64,000 bases of DNA from IMG/VR virus record IMGVR_UViG_3300021185_002167, positions 64,060 to 128,059 of that record. One strand, written 5' to 3'. Positions 35,648 to 48,200 of the stretch are shown piece after piece (the stretch's first letter is position 1; every line of letters begins with the position of its first letter). Source of the stretch: a virus. The notes below the pieces were generated by a model. The model was not told the origin of the DNA. It did not search any database and saw only the letters and a list, made by a program, of their open reading frames with translations. The position numbers and the translations under genes were made by a program.

Positions 35648-38169
35648 TGTCATATAAGTCTACATTAACACCTGGCGCGATCGAAGTCGAACAGGGAAGT
35701 TTATCTCAAACAAAAGAAGATATACGTATCGATCAATTGATACCTACTGAGATATTATCAGACAAAACTAAACTTAAACAATTCTTAGAAGCTTATTACG
35801 CTTTTCAAAACATGGATGAGTTTATATATCAAGAAAATGAAGACTTTAGTGATATTATTTTAAATAATCAAGCTCAGTTTAGAATACCAGATCCTAAGAA
35901 TGAAAATAATAGATTCTTTACTGATGAGTCAGGCGCAGATTCAACTCTTATTTTAACAGCTCCTGATGGTACAACAACAAATATAACGTTAACTGATGTC
36001 AATGTAGCAATAACAAACGGTAATGAACTACCAGGTACACTTGCAACTTCAACATCTGAGATAGGTAAGACATTTACTGTCAATGGATTAGAATCTTATA
36101 ATAACTATACTGCTAAATTAAATACAATTGTTAAATACTGGGTAGGTCCTGGACCATCTTATGTAATGAATACAATTGAACAAGCAATGGACATTGATTT
36201 AAATGGAGAAAGCTATTTAGAATTAATGCAAAAAGAAATTGCTGCTACTATTCCAAGAGGAGTAACAGTAAATAAAAGAAATCTTTATAAACAAATAATA
36301 GATTTTTATAAGTTAAGAGGATCAGCTGATTCTGTAGAAATATTTTTTAAAATATTATTTAATGATACTGCAGAAGTTGAATTTCCATATGATAAAACAT
36401 TAATACCTTCAAGTGGTAACTGGGATATTAATCCAGCATTATCAAAAGGTGGACAATACTTAGATAATAAAGGATTCTTATCTGATAGTATTAAAGTACA
36501 AGATAGTTTAAGATATCAAAAGTTCTCATACCTTATTAAAACAGGTAAAAATTTATCTGATTGGGAGCTTGCGTTTGATAGATTAGTACATCCAAGTGGA
36601 TTTATATACTTTGCTGAGATATTAATATTCTTACAATTAACAGGAGCTGTTTTAACAGATGCTTTAACTTTAAGTCGTATGCCAGGTACTCAACCAGGTA
36701 TTATAGGACCTGAAGATATACCAGTACTTGTTGAAATGTTTGCTTCATCTTTCTTACCTACAACAACAGCTAAGATACATAAATCAGCTACTGTTTCAGT
36801 CGCTTTAAAAACCGGTGTTATTAACAGTGTAACAGTAACAAGTGGAGGAAGTGGTTATACTTCAGTTCCTACGATTACATCATCTGATTCAGGTACTCCA
36901 TCAGGGTTTACAACAGCAACATTAACTGCAGCTCTTACAAATGGAGCAGTATCAGGAATTACAATAGGTAACGGTGGACAGGATTATAATGTACCAACTC
37001 TCTCTATTGCAGCTCCAACAGCAATTACATTTGATGGAAGCGAAGCCGAGGTATTAGCACAAGGTATTGTTAATATTGCAGACGATACAATTAAACTTAC
37101 AAGTGCACAACAAGCTGTTTTACCAGTTAATTCAATAGTTACATATAGCTCAGGTGCAGGTGGAGCAATTTCTGGATTAGTAAGTGGCACTCAATATAGA
37201 ATACATACATCTACTGGAAGTAAAGTTAAATTAAAAGCTTTAAGTGGATCTGAATCAGTAATTGATATTACGGGTGTAGGTTCAGGTACAGATCATTCAT
37301 TCACCGGTGAAACAGCTACAGCAACAGCAACAAAACTTGACGGAGCTTTACAAAGTATAGAAATAGTAGAGCCAGGATTCGGTTATTCATCAACACCTGC
37401 TATTACATTTAGTGGTATAGACGTTGAAGGCGAAACCGGTGTTGCTCCAGTAGTAAGTATTGGTATTGATTCAAATGGAAGATTAGATATTGATAATATT
37501 GTTATAACATCTGAAGGTTCTAATTGGTCTTCACTCTTTGGTACTGTTGCAGGAAATACAAATGCAGGTTCAATTGCAGATGTTGAATTTATAAACACTG
37601 CTAATAAAAACTATTCTTCGGCGCCAACAATAATATTTCCAGAGCCACAAGCAAAAGATGCAGATGGTATTTTATTAAGTACAAACGTATTAGCTGAAGC
37701 AACATTTAGTTTAAATTCTGATGGAGAAATAAGTGGTGTTACAATAACACAAGCTGGTTCAGGCTATATATTAGACCCAATTGTAAGATTAGGAAGTACT
37801 TTAAATAGTGAAGCAAGAGTACCTAATCTTAAACATATAACTGAAATTAATTGTAATCATAATCATGTTGATACATTAATAACAGAAGTTAAAACAAATC
37901 CGCTTCAAACAGCTGGTTCAATAATGACTTCAACAAGTAATGCAGATAAATTCTTACCAGAGCATACAGTAAAGGTTGTAAATCCTAATTTTAGAACCAT
38001 TATAAATAATAATTACATACAAAGGAAAGGCACAGATAGTTTCTATAATACATCTAGGCTTTATAATACTAATCAATCAATTGAGTTTTTAGGCAACAAA
38101 ACGTTACAAACTATTGACTCAACTGATATAAATAACTATAATACAAGTACATTTGTACACATAGAATAA
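35647..38169 (+). CDS. Baseplate wedge gp7-like protein with inserted beta-repeat domains
   Basis: FLEAYY, FYK.RGS..S..IFFKILF, QDS..YQKFSY.IK and VHP.GF..F; G.GY...P repeats; lies between gp6 and gp8. Confidence 0.8.
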   Translation: MSYKSTLTPGAIEVEQGSLSQTKEDIRIDQLIPTEILSDKTKLKQFLEAYYAFQNMDEFIYQENEDFSDIILNNQAQFRIPDPKNENNRFFTDESGADSTLILTAPDGTTTNITLTDVNVAITNGNELPGTLATSTSEIGKTFTVNGLESYNNYTAKLNTIVKYWVGPGPSYVMNTIEQAMDIDLNGESYLELMQKEIAATIPRGVTVNKRNLYKQIIDFYKLRGSADSVEIFFKILFNDTAEVEFPYDKTLIPSSGNWDINPALSKGGQYLDNKGFLSDSIKVQDSLRYQKFSYLIKTGKNLSDWELAFDRLVHPSGFIYFAEILIFLQLTGAVLTDALTLSRMPGTQPGIIGPEDIPVLVEMFASSFLPTTTAKIHKSATVSVALKTGVINSVTVTSGGSGYTSVPTITSSDSGTPSGFTTATLTAALTNGAVSGITIGNGGQDYNVPTLSIAAPTAITFDGSEAEVLAQGIVNIADDTIKLTSAQQAVLPVNSIVTYSSGAGGAISGLVSGTQYRIHTSTGSKVKLKALSGSESVIDITGVGSGTDHSFTGETATATATKLDGALQSIEIVEPGFGYSSTPAITFSGIDVEGETGVAPVVSIGIDSNGRLDIDNIVITSEGSNWSSLFGTVAGNTNAGSIADVEFINTANKNYSSAPTIIFPEPQAKDADGILLSTNVLAEATFSLNSDGEISGVTITQAGSGYILDPIVRLGSTLNSEARVPNLKHITEINCNHNHVDTLITEVKTNPLQTAGSIMTSTSNADKFLPEHTVKVVNPNFRTIINNNYIQRKGTDSFYNTSRLYNTNQSIEFLGNKTLQTIDSTDINNYNTSTFVHIE

Positions 38170-38185
38170 CAACGAGAGAAGCAGC

Positions 38186-39772
38186 ATGCCAGCAATAGTA
38201 ACATCAAATTTTAGAACTTTAAACGCTCAACACTTTAAAGACCAAGTAGACGGTTCAAGTGTTTATGTATCAATAGGTAAATCAGACGTATGGTCGTTAA
38301 CGACTTCAGATACAACTGATACAACACCATTTACTCCGGGCGATAACTTAGATAATTTAGGAGAAGCAAGAGCAAACCTAATCGGTATGAAAAAGATTGT
38401 AGCAACTGATATTGCTCATGTAGTTCCAAGACATACTTGGACATCAGGAAATTCATACTATGCATGGGATTCAGATGACGCTGGTATTTTTGATAAAGCG
38501 TTCTATATCGTAACATCAGAATTTAAAGTTTATAAATGTATTAAGGCAGGCGGTGGAGCTTCAAGCATTCAGCCAACTCAAACATTAACTGCTCCAACAG
38601 CAGAATCAGATGGTTATACATGGAAATATATGTATACTATCTCAGTAGCTGACGCTGAAAAATTCTTAACAAATAGTTATATGCCAGTTAAAACCGTTTC
38701 TTTAGGTGGAAGTGGAACAGTTTCAGTAAGTACAAGTTCAGCAACTCTTGTAACACTTACAGAAACTAACTTCAAAATTAATACCGGTATGACAGTAACA
38801 GGTTCTAATATATCAGGAACTCCAACTGTTTCAGCAATCAATGGTTCAGTTCTTACTTTATCAACAGCTCAAACTTTAACAGCAGCAGATATACTTACAT
38901 TTGCATATGCTCAAAATAGCGACGCAGAAGCTGTATTAAGTGAAGCAGATTATGCTCAATACTTAAACCAAAAAGCTTCAAAAGATTTATCAACTGCAGG
39001 TGGAGTTGAAAGAATCGAAGTAACAGCTGGTGGAACTGGATATACATCAGCGCCAACAGTAACAATAAGTGGTGATGGTACTGGTGCAACAGGAACAGCA
39101 GTTTTATCTGGTACTACTCTTGCATCTGTAACAGTTAATAATAAAGGTACTAATTATAGCGTACTCGATATTACTTTTTCTGGAGGCGGCGGTTCAGACG
39201 CTGGAGCAAGAGGAGTTATAACTCCTAAAGGCGGACATGGTGTTGACCCAGTAAGAGAACTTGGTGCATTCTTCATGTCATTAAACTCTAAGTTAGATGG
39301 TAATGATGGTGGTGATTTAACAGTAGGTAATGATTTTAGACAAATTATGTTATTTAATCAGCCAAGAGTTTATAACGCTACTCCACTTGCAGGTAATATT
39401 GCAACAGCTGATACTTTAAAAGCAACTTCTTATTTAGATCTCGCTGTCACAGCAGACGCTGCAGCTTATACAGTTGATGAATTAGTAGTAGGACAAACAT
39501 CAGGTGCTCAAGCATATGTAGTAGAAATAGACGCATCTAATGGTTATCTTAGATATCATCAAAATGATAAAACAGGATATAAAGTATTTACAGATGGAGA
39601 AGATGTTGTTGGTCAAACTAGTTCAAAAACAGGAGCTCTTGCTTCATCAAACGCAGTAGGTAATCCAGAGGTTGATAGATCTTCAGGCGAAATTCTTTTC
39701 TTAGAAAACAGAGACCCTATTAGCAGAACCACAACACAGATTGAAGATATAAAAGTAATTATAGAATTCTAA
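38186..39772 (+). CDS. gp8: Baseplate wedge gp8
   Basis: AIVT..FR..NA, VVPR..W.SG, VYKC, DGY.WKYMY, P.GGHG.D...EL and EDIKVIIEF; TATAAATA at 38127-38134. Confidence 0.9.
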   Translation: MPAIVTSNFRTLNAQHFKDQVDGSSVYVSIGKSDVWSLTTSDTTDTTPFTPGDNLDNLGEARANLIGMKKIVATDIAHVVPRHTWTSGNSYYAWDSDDAGIFDKAFYIVTSEFKVYKCIKAGGGASSIQPTQTLTAPTAESDGYTWKYMYTISVADAEKFLTNSYMPVKTVSLGGSGTVSVSTSSATLVTLTETNFKINTGMTVTGSNISGTPTVSAINGSVLTLSTAQTLTAADILTFAYAQNSDAEAVLSEADYAQYLNQKASKDLSTAGGVERIEVTAGGTGYTSAPTVTISGDGTGATGTAVLSGTTLASVTVNNKGTNYSVLDITFSGGGGSDAGARGVITPKGGHGVDPVRELGAFFMSLNSKLDGNDGGDLTVGNDFRQIMLFNQPRVYNATPLAGNIATADTLKATSYLDLAVTADAAAYTVDELVVGQTSGAQAYVVEIDASNGYLRYHQNDKTGYKVFTDGEDVVGQTSSKTGALASSNAVGNPEVDRSSGEILFLENRDPISRTTTQIEDIKVIIEF

Positions 39773-39799
39773 TATAAATAATATTAGGAAGAGAGATTT

Positions 39800-42700
39800 A
39801 TGACAACAACAGTAGTAAAAAATTATAGTATAGCCCCGTATTACGATGACTTTGATGAAACAAAGAATTATCATCGTATACTTTTTAGACCTGGCTATTC
39901 AGTTCAAGCAAGAGAGCTTACTCAATTACAAACAGCATTACAAGCTCAAATTGATCGATATGGTCAATTCGCGTTTAAAGATGGTTCAAGAGTTGTAAAT
40001 GGTAAAGTTACATTAAATGTACAGTACGATTTTATAAAAATAGAATCATCATTTACTCATAGTACTGCTGGAGCTTTAAACGCAGATAACTATTTATCAG
40101 AATTTGTAGGTACTACTATTACTGGTGCTACAACCGGAGTAACTGCTACAGTTGTAGAAGTTATTGCAGCAGGTGGTTCAGATCCAGCTACTTTATATTT
40201 AAAATATACAAACTCAGGTACTAATAATACCACATCAACTTTTTCAGCTGGTGAAGAGTTAAGTTCCGATGCAGGTACAGTAAGATATGGTAAAGTTGGT
40301 GGAGGCTCTGGGTCTTCAATATCAAATCCTACAGGTCAAGGTTCATCTATTAATATAGAAGAAGGTGTATACTTTATAGCAGGTACATTTGCATATGTTC
40401 CAGCTGGTTCATTAATATTAGACAAATATACAAATACACCTAACTATATTATTGGTTTAAAAGTTACTGAATCTGTTGTTGATTCAACTACAGATACTAC
40501 TTTACTTGATAACGCTCAAGGCGTTCCAAATACTGCGGCTCCAGGCGCAACAAGATATAAAATTGCTACAACACTTATTAAAGAGTCTTTAAACTTTTCT
40601 TCAAGAACTGAAGATAGTTATATTACTCTTGTTGTTATAGAAGACGGAAAAACATCAGTAGATAAAACAGATAAAACTGGAGATACTGAGTTAACAGAAA
40701 GATTAGCAAGAAGAACATTCGAAGAATCAGGCGACTATGTTGTAGAACCTTTTCAAATACAAAAGAGAGAGTATCTTAATGATGGTACTAATGATGGTTA
40801 TAGAACAACAGCCGAAATAATAGCTGATGGAGATGCAGCTAATACAAGCGCTGCTACAACATTCGGTAATGATAGATTAGCAATTGGTGTTGACCCATCA
40901 GTAGCTTATGTTAAAGGATTTAGAGTTCAAAACAATACAACTAAAAATGTTATCGTAGAAAAGCCAAGAGGCGCAAATGCTACTAATAACGTTAATGTTG
41001 CAACAACAAGTATACCGGTAGGTAACTATGTTAAATTAACACCTTCAACTGTAAAAGGTATGCCAGATGTTAATGATTTTTCAACTTTAAATTTACATAA
41101 CGCAACAGGACAAGGTGGTTCAGTTGTTGGTACTGCAAGAGCAAGGTCAATAGAATATGTAGGCACAGAATTAAGACTGTACTTATTTGATATTAATATG
41201 ACCTCAGGAACATTTAGTGCAGTACGAAGTATAGAACAAGCTGATTCAGGACAAGCATTTATTGGTGATTTAGCTTTAGCTGGTAATTTATTTGATGTTG
41301 GTAATAATGGATTAGTATTTAAACTTCCATATTCAGCTGTTAAAACTCTTTACACAGCCGCAAACGCAGCAGTTGTAGATACTGTATATGTTGTAAAACA
41401 ATTATTTGAAACAAGTGGGTCAACTATTAGTATTGCTTCTGGACAAGGTACATTTATTAATACATCAACGATCACAGCTTCACTCGGAACAGGAGTTATT
41501 GATGTAACCCCAACAATATCATCAGGTAGTGACGGTTCTACATCATTAACATTTAGTGATGTCAGTGGAGTTGCACCGGGTTCAGCTGAACTTAAGGTTA
41601 TGGCAGACGTCCAGAAAAACCTTTTACATAAAACAAAAACAAGAACAAATAACTCTACTAAAACAGGAGCTCTTTCAGGTGGTTCATTAAGTTTAGGTAA
41701 AGCAGATATTATAAGAATTGTTTCAGTCGTTGATGCTCAATCAGTAGATATTACAGAAAGATTTACATTAGATAATGGTCAAAGAGATAACTTCTATGAC
41801 ATTGGTAAAATAAGTCTTAAGCCAGGATTCTCTACTCCATCTGGTAACATAGTAGTTACATTTGATTTTTATGAGCATGGTTCAGGTGATTACTTTACAG
41901 TTGATTCATATCCAACAGCTGATTATGATACAATTCCTGCATTTAGTAGTCAACAAGGTCTTGTACAATTAAGAGATTGTTTAGACTTTAGACCAAGAAA
42001 AGCAGATGCAGCAGATAACTTTACTGCAACTGGATCTTCAAATCCACAGCCACCTAAACCAGGTCATGCTGCAATTGCTGAAGTTACTCATTACATGCCA
42101 AGAATCGATAAACTCTATATTACACGTAGAGGCGAATTCAAAACAGAAATTGGTGTACCAAGTTTAAATCCTAAAGCTCCAGAAACTCCTGAAGATGCTA
42201 TGGGTATATACAACTTAAAATTAAATCCTTACGTATATACTATCGATGATGTTAAACCAGAAATTATAGACAATCGAAGATATACAATGAGAGATATCGG
42301 TTCTCTAGATAAAAGAATTAAGAACCTAGAATATTATACATCTTTATCATTATTAGAACAAAGTGCAGCTGATATAGAATTATATGATAGTGGTGGATTC
42401 TCAAGATTAAAAAATGGATTTATAGTAGATGGATTTAAAGGACATAACATAGCAGATTCAAGTAATCCAGACTATTCAGCATCAATTGATAAAACAAATG
42501 GTTTATTAAGACCTAAGTTTGATGAAAGAAATGCTAACTTAGTAAGAAAAGCAAGTGACTCAGGAACAGCAGTTAAAAACGGCTCAATAGTTACTATGCC
42601 TCATACATCTACAAACTATATTAATCAGCCATATTCATCATTTGCTTCAAATGTAAATCCATATAACGTATTTAGTTGGGCAGGTACAATAGAGCTTTCT

Positions 42701-45031
42701 CCAGAAGGAGACGAATGGAAAGAGACAGACGTAAGACCTAATGTTATTATTGATGATTCATCAGCATACGAACAGTTTGCTCAAATGGCAGAAGAAGCAG
42801 GTATTCTAGGAACAGTTTGGAACGAATGGGAAACAAACTGGACTGGAGTTGAAGTCGATTCTGATACAAGAGAAACAGGTAATAGAGTAGACCTAAGAGG
42901 AAGAGGATTAGCTGTAGAAGAAGGATTCTTTGGATTAGGTACTGGTAGATTAGGCGTAAGTCAAACAACTACAACTACAAGAACAACAACTCAAAATCAA
43001 TCAAGATCAGGTTTAAGAACTGATTTAGCATTTGATACAGTACAAAGAACAGATGGAACAAGAGTTGTTGAAGTTAACTTTGTACCATTTATCAGATCAA
43101 GAAAAGTATTCTTTAAAGCTCAGCTTTTAAAACCAGGTACACAGGTTTATGCATTCTTTGATAGCGTAAACGTTACAGATTTCTGCGCAGAAGAAAGCTT
43201 TACAGAATTCTCAGATCAAACAAATGTAGATACATTTGAAGGAACAACAGTACATCCATCAAATGGCAATTTAATTACAGACGCTTCGGGCATAGTGGAA
43301 GGTTCGTTTATCATACCAAGAAATGCCGCGCTTAAGTTCCAAACTGGTGTAAGAGAATTTAGACTTACAGACAGTTCTACAAACAATAAGGATAGCGAAA
43401 CAACCTATGCCGAAGCTCAGTATCATGCTCAAGGATTATTAGAATCAGTAGAAAGTAGAGTAGTATCAACAAAGGTTCCAAGATTAGTTCAATCAGAATT
43501 AAACGATGATAGAACTATAGTAGATAGTCAAGTATCTGAAACAACTGAATGGGTAGATCCATTAGCAGAAACTATTCTTATTGATAAGCAAGGTGGTATC
43601 TTTGCAAAATCAGTTGACTTATTCTTTAAAACAAAAGATACATCAATACCAGTAAGAGTTACTTTAAGAACAACTCAAAATGGTACACCAACACAAAGAA
43701 TCGTTCCAGGAGCTGATAAGATTTTATATCCATCATCAGTTAACGTATCAGCTGATGCATCAACAGCAACAAACTTTGCTTTCGACTATCCAGTTTATTT
43801 AGCTCAGGATACTGAATATGCAATAGTAATTACATCTCAATGTGATAACTATGAAGTATATGTAGCTGAAATGGGTGGATTTGATTTAACAAATACCGCT
43901 GAAAGAATTACAAAACAACCATACGGTGGTGTATTCTTTACATCTCAAAATGCTTCAACATGGACTCCAGAACAAAGTAAAGATCTTAAGTTTAAATTAA
44001 ACAGAGCTTCATTTACTGGTTCATCTGCTGAAATCACATTAGTTAATGATATATTACCAGTACGTAAACTCGTAGGTAATCCACTCTCAACAACAAGTGG
44101 TTCTAAAGTAATTACAGTTACTCATAAAAATCATGGTATGCATGATTCAACATCTAAAGTAACAATAGATGGCGCAGCAACTACTAACGGTATTACAGGC
44201 AGTGATATTGATGGTACATATACAATAAGCAATATTACTCATGATAGTTATTCAATTACTGCAACTGGTAGTAATAATGCTTCAGCCACAGGAGCAGGTG
44301 GTGGTTCATCTGTAACAGCAACTGAAAATAGACATATTGATGTCATGTATCCAGTGCTTCAAAACTTACAAATACCTGGTACATCTCTTAGATTCTTTGC
44401 TACAATTTATAGCTCACAAAGTATCGATGGTTCAGAAGCAGCTCATCAGCCATCAAATGAATTTGAAATATTACCAAATAAAAACTATGTATTTGATGCT
44501 CCAAAAATGATTGGTTCTTCAATACAAGAATCAAACAATATGAGTGGTAATAAGTCTCTTTCAATAAGATGCGTACTTAGTACAACAAACGAAGCTTTAT
44601 CTCCTGTAATAGACATGAACAGAGCTTCAGTCCATACAATACAAAACATAGTAAGTTCAAACGGTGGATCTGAAGCAGTAACTTCAGGCGGAGCAGAACT
44701 TACAAGATATATTACTAAAAAGGTAGAACTTAATGAAGAAGCAGATACTGCAACTATTTTCTTAAATGCAAGTAGACCAGGTTCAGCAAATATAGATTTA
44801 TACTATAGAACATTAGAAGGTGGTTCATCTTCAAACATTAATGATGTAGCATTTGTTGCGGCTTCTCCAGTAGAATCTATACCAGTTAATGAAACTGGTT
44901 TTTCTGAAGTAAGATACGATATAGACCCAACAGGTAGTTTTGGTACTATACAGTTTAAAATAGTATTACGTTCAACAGTATCTTCTACTCCACCAAGAAT
45001 AAAAGATTTTAGAGCAATCTGTGCAACATAG
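39800..45031 (+). CDS. Large virion structural protein (VrlC / DUF4815-like)
   Basis: PYYDDFD..KNY.RILFRPG..VQARELTQLQ, LARRT.EESGDY, RI.NLEYYTSLSLLE and DPLA.T; TATAAATA at 39773-39780. Confidence 0.88.
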   Translation: MTTTVVKNYSIAPYYDDFDETKNYHRILFRPGYSVQARELTQLQTALQAQIDRYGQFAFKDGSRVVNGKVTLNVQYDFIKIESSFTHSTAGALNADNYLSEFVGTTITGATTGVTATVVEVIAAGGSDPATLYLKYTNSGTNNTTSTFSAGEELSSDAGTVRYGKVGGGSGSSISNPTGQGSSINIEEGVYFIAGTFAYVPAGSLILDKYTNTPNYIIGLKVTESVVDSTTDTTLLDNAQGVPNTAAPGATRYKIATTLIKESLNFSSRTEDSYITLVVIEDGKTSVDKTDKTGDTELTERLARRTFEESGDYVVEPFQIQKREYLNDGTNDGYRTTAEIIADGDAANTSAATTFGNDRLAIGVDPSVAYVKGFRVQNNTTKNVIVEKPRGANATNNVNVATTSIPVGNYVKLTPSTVKGMPDVNDFSTLNLHNATGQGGSVVGTARARSIEYVGTELRLYLFDINMTSGTFSAVRSIEQADSGQAFIGDLALAGNLFDVGNNGLVFKLPYSAVKTLYTAANAAVVDTVYVVKQLFETSGSTISIASGQGTFINTSTITASLGTGVIDVTPTISSGSDGSTSLTFSDVSGVAPGSAELKVMADVQKNLLHKTKTRTNNSTKTGALSGGSLSLGKADIIRIVSVVDAQSVDITERFTLDNGQRDNFYDIGKISLKPGFSTPSGNIVVTFDFYEHGSGDYFTVDSYPTADYDTIPAFSSQQGLVQLRDCLDFRPRKADAADNFTATGSSNPQPPKPGHAAIAEVTHYMPRIDKLYITRRGEFKTEIGVPSLNPKAPETPEDAMGIYNLKLNPYVYTIDDVKPEIIDNRRYTMRDIGSLDKRIKNLEYYTSLSLLEQSAADIELYDSGGFSRLKNGFIVDGFKGHNIADSSNPDYSASIDKTNGLLRPKFDERNANLVRKASDSGTAVKNGSIVTMPHTSTNYINQPYSSFASNVNPYNVFSWAGTIELSPEGDEWKETDVRPNVIIDDSSAYEQFAQMAEEAGILGTVWNEWETNWTGVEVDSDTRETGNRVDLRGRGLAVEEGFFGLGTGRLGVSQTTTTTRTTTQNQSRSGLRTDLAFDTVQRTDGTRVVEVNFVPFIRSRKVFFKAQLLKPGTQVYAFFDSVNVTDFCAEESFTEFSDQTNVDTFEGTTVHPSNGNLITDASGIVEGSFIIPRNAALKFQTGVREFRLTDSSTNNKDSETTYAEAQYHAQGLLESVESRVVSTKVPRLVQSELNDDRTIVDSQVSETTEWVDPLAETILIDKQGGIFAKSVDLFFKTKDTSIPVRVTLRTTQNGTPTQRIVPGADKILYPSSVNVSADASTATNFAFDYPVYLAQDTEYAIVITSQCDNYEVYVAEMGGFDLTNTAERITKQPYGGVFFTSQNASTWTPEQSKDLKFKLNRASFTGSSAEITLVNDILPVRKLVGNPLSTTSGSKVITVTHKNHGMHDSTSKVTIDGAATTNGITGSDIDGTYTISNITHDSYSITATGSNNASATGAGGGSSVTATENRHIDVMYPVLQNLQIPGTSLRFFATIYSSQSIDGSEAAHQPSNEFEILPNKNYVFDAPKMIGSSIQESNNMSGNKSLSIRCVLSTTNEALSPVIDMNRASVHTIQNIVSSNGGSEAVTSGGAELTRYITKKVELNEEADTATIFLNASRPGSANIDLYYRTLEGGSSSNINDVAFVAASPVESIPVNETGFSEVRYDIDPTGSFGTIQFKIVLRSTVSSTPPRIKDFRAICAT

Positions 45032-45039
45032 GAATTATA

Positions 45040-45243
45040 ATGCCAAATAAGAAAAAAGTAAATGAACTTCCTGATTTTGAAAAAGATACAGTCACGAATG
45101 CTGTTATAAATACTAATAGTTCAGCTTTTTCAAATAGAAGAGAGCAATTAGCTAAGTTAGCAAATAAAGATTCTGAAATCGAAAAAATGAAATCAGATAT
45201 AGAAGAACTTAAAAAGATTATAAAAAAATTAGGTAGTAAATAA
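45040..45243 (+). CDS. Small coiled-coil hypothetical protein
   Basis: KD..T.AVINT motif and C-terminal heptads, a type that commonly follows VrlC-like genes. Confidence 0.7.
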   Translation: MPNKKKVNELPDFEKDTVTNAVINTNSSAFSNRREQLAKLANKDSEIEKMKSDIEELKKIIKKLGSK

Positions 45244-48200
45244 TGGCTATAAGAGACGAAATCAGAATATTAAAAGCAAATACATTAGAAGAGTTTAGAC
45301 AAAAAACTAATGAACTTTCGATCGATAAAGTTGGTGATAATAAACTCTTATCAAGTAGTATAACCGATAAGACATACGAATTTACAGCAACAGCAGGTCA
45401 AAAGCATTTTGAGATATCTGGAAGATTCGAAGTATTTCCAGAACAAACTATTGATAGAACTACTGGAGTCGCTGAAGCATTTAGAACAGGAGCTGTAAGA
45501 GTTAAGAGTGATAGTACTGAATTATTACAAGGTCTATCTGCAAATGAGTTTATCGTACCTAATTATGCTTTAAAGGTTACATTAACCGGTTCACCTACTA
45601 TACCATCTGAGTTTGTAGAAGACGCAGTACTTACTCAATCAGGCGGATTCTCAGGAGTTCTTTTATCTGCAGATAATACACAATTAAGATTTAAATCATT
45701 TACCGGTACATTTAGTGATTCTCAAAACTTAGGTATACCACATACTGAACCATTAAAAAGAATATCTGCTGTAAAAATTAGTTCAAATACAGTAATAAAT
45801 GCTAGTCATGGTATATTAATAGAACTTATAACACCAGCAAGTGTCGGCGATTCAATTCAAATAATAGCTACAAGTTTAGTAGATGCTATTAATGAATTAC
45901 AAGATGACATTGGTGTAACAGAAAATTTATCAACAGATGCAGGTAATACAGTAAATGCGATTAACGAGCATGAAACAGATTTATATGGCACAGGTAATGT
46001 TATATTCGGTGGGTTATCATCTACTGGTTTCCAAGACGCTATTGAAGAAGTAAGAGCAGAATTAGGAGCTCATACTTCATTAGGTACTACGCATACAAGT
46101 ACAGCAGTTGGAGCTATTAACGAATTAGAAGCAGCTGTAAGAGGTAACTTAAGTAACTATACATTAAATACAACAGCAAATGATTTGATTACTGCAGTAA
46201 ATGAACATGAAACTGATATCGGTGATATGTCATTAACAACAACTGCAAGCGATTTAACAGATGCTATCAACGAATTAGACGCTTTACAAGGTAATAATTC
46301 TCTTACAACTACAGGTTCTACTTTAACTGCAGCCGTTAACGAATTAGACGCTGAATTAGGAACAATTAGTACAAATGCTATGGGAACATCAGCTAGTACA
46401 GTAAGTGGAGCAATTGCAGAACACGAAGCGCAAATAGGTAATATAGGTATCACAACTATTGCTTCAGGCAATAATAGTATTACAGGAGCTTTATCTCAAT
46501 TACATTCTGAGTTAGGAAGTGCTGCATTAAATACAAGCGCAAATACTCATACAGGTGCTATTAACGAACATGAAGCAGATATAGGTAATATGACTCTTAC
46601 AGGTTTATCAGCTACTGATTTATCAGCTGGTTTAAGAGAACTTGCTTCAGAAAAACTAGATATTACAAACACAACAGCTAGCGGTCAATCACTTTCAGGT
46701 AATATTAATTATACAACTGCAGGTGGTAATGGAACATTTGATTTTGGACCAGGAACAGTTTTAGATATATCAGATGGTACATTACTTGTATCAGCAGCTG
46801 GTGGTGTTGCAAACTTTGGTTCTGCATTCTTAAACCTTGATGGTGAAGTTGCTCAAATGGGTCTTCAAGTAGATAGAGATCATATCACTCCATCAGGTTC
46901 TATGACTAATCATGATGTAAAATTACAATGGAATGAAGCTTTAGTATCATCAACTCCTGAAAGAGCATGGCAAGTTGTTGGAATGGCTGATAATGGTTCA
47001 ACAAATACTGCAGATCTTATAACATTCTATAATGCAAAAGATTTAATTGCAAATAATACAGAAACAGGTATTAGCGTAACATGGGATTCATCAAATCAAA
47101 ACTTTGATTTTGCTTTAACAGCTGACCCACAAATTACTTTAGGCGGAGATTTAGGTGGTACCGCAACTTTAACAAATTTAACAGGTAATACTACATTAAC
47201 TGCAACAATTCAAGCTGGTTCAGTAGAAAATAGTATGTTGGCAGGAAGTATTGCTGCTTCTAAATTAGCAGGTTCAATACCAAATAGTAAATTAGTAAAT
47301 ACAGGAATAAGTATTGATGCTGAAACAGGAACAACTCATCTTATTAATTTAGGTGAAACACTTACAGTAAATGGTACATCTGGAGAAATTGAAACTAATA
47401 TAAACAATAATGTTTTAGCTATTGGTTTACCAAGTAATGTCACAATTGGAAATAATCTAACTGTCACAGGTAATTTAACTGTTCAAGGTACTCAAACAAT
47501 TTTAAACACTTCAACATTAGAAGTTGAAGATACATTAGTATTGGCTGGTAATGATTTAAGTTCAGAGCCAACTAGTGGAGGATTTGGTTTAGAGGTTGGT
47601 CCAATTACAAGTCCAAGTGGAGTTGCTTCAGGCGTCACAGGTGCTCACTCAATTGTATATAACTATGCAACAGACAGATGGGAAGCAGATGGTTCATTAA
47701 TATTATCATCAGCTACACTTGCAACTCCTCAAATTGAAGGTTCAGATTTTGGTCCTGGCGATAACTTAACATTTACTGCAGGAACTGGATTAAGTGAAAG
47801 CGTATCAGGCTTTGCTGTAACATATACAAATACAGATAAAGGTTCATCACAGAATATCTTTAAAAATATTACTGCTAACTCAGGTGGTACTGCAACAGCT
47901 AATAGTAATAATGATACACTTACAATTTTTGGTGGAAGTAGTTTAACTTCAGTAAGAAGTGGCGATACAATTACTCTTAATCATACAAGTACTGGAGCAA
48001 CCAGTGTAAATAATAGTGGTAATACAGTTATTCAAGATTTAACAATTGATGGAAACGGTCACGTGACAGCGGTTGGTTCAGCCACTATTGATACATATGA
48101 CGGATGGGCTCTTACAGTTGGAGGTACTAATAGAGGTACTATCACTGAAAATGAAAGAGTTTCATTTACTGGCGGAACTTCAATAGATGTAGCTTACAGC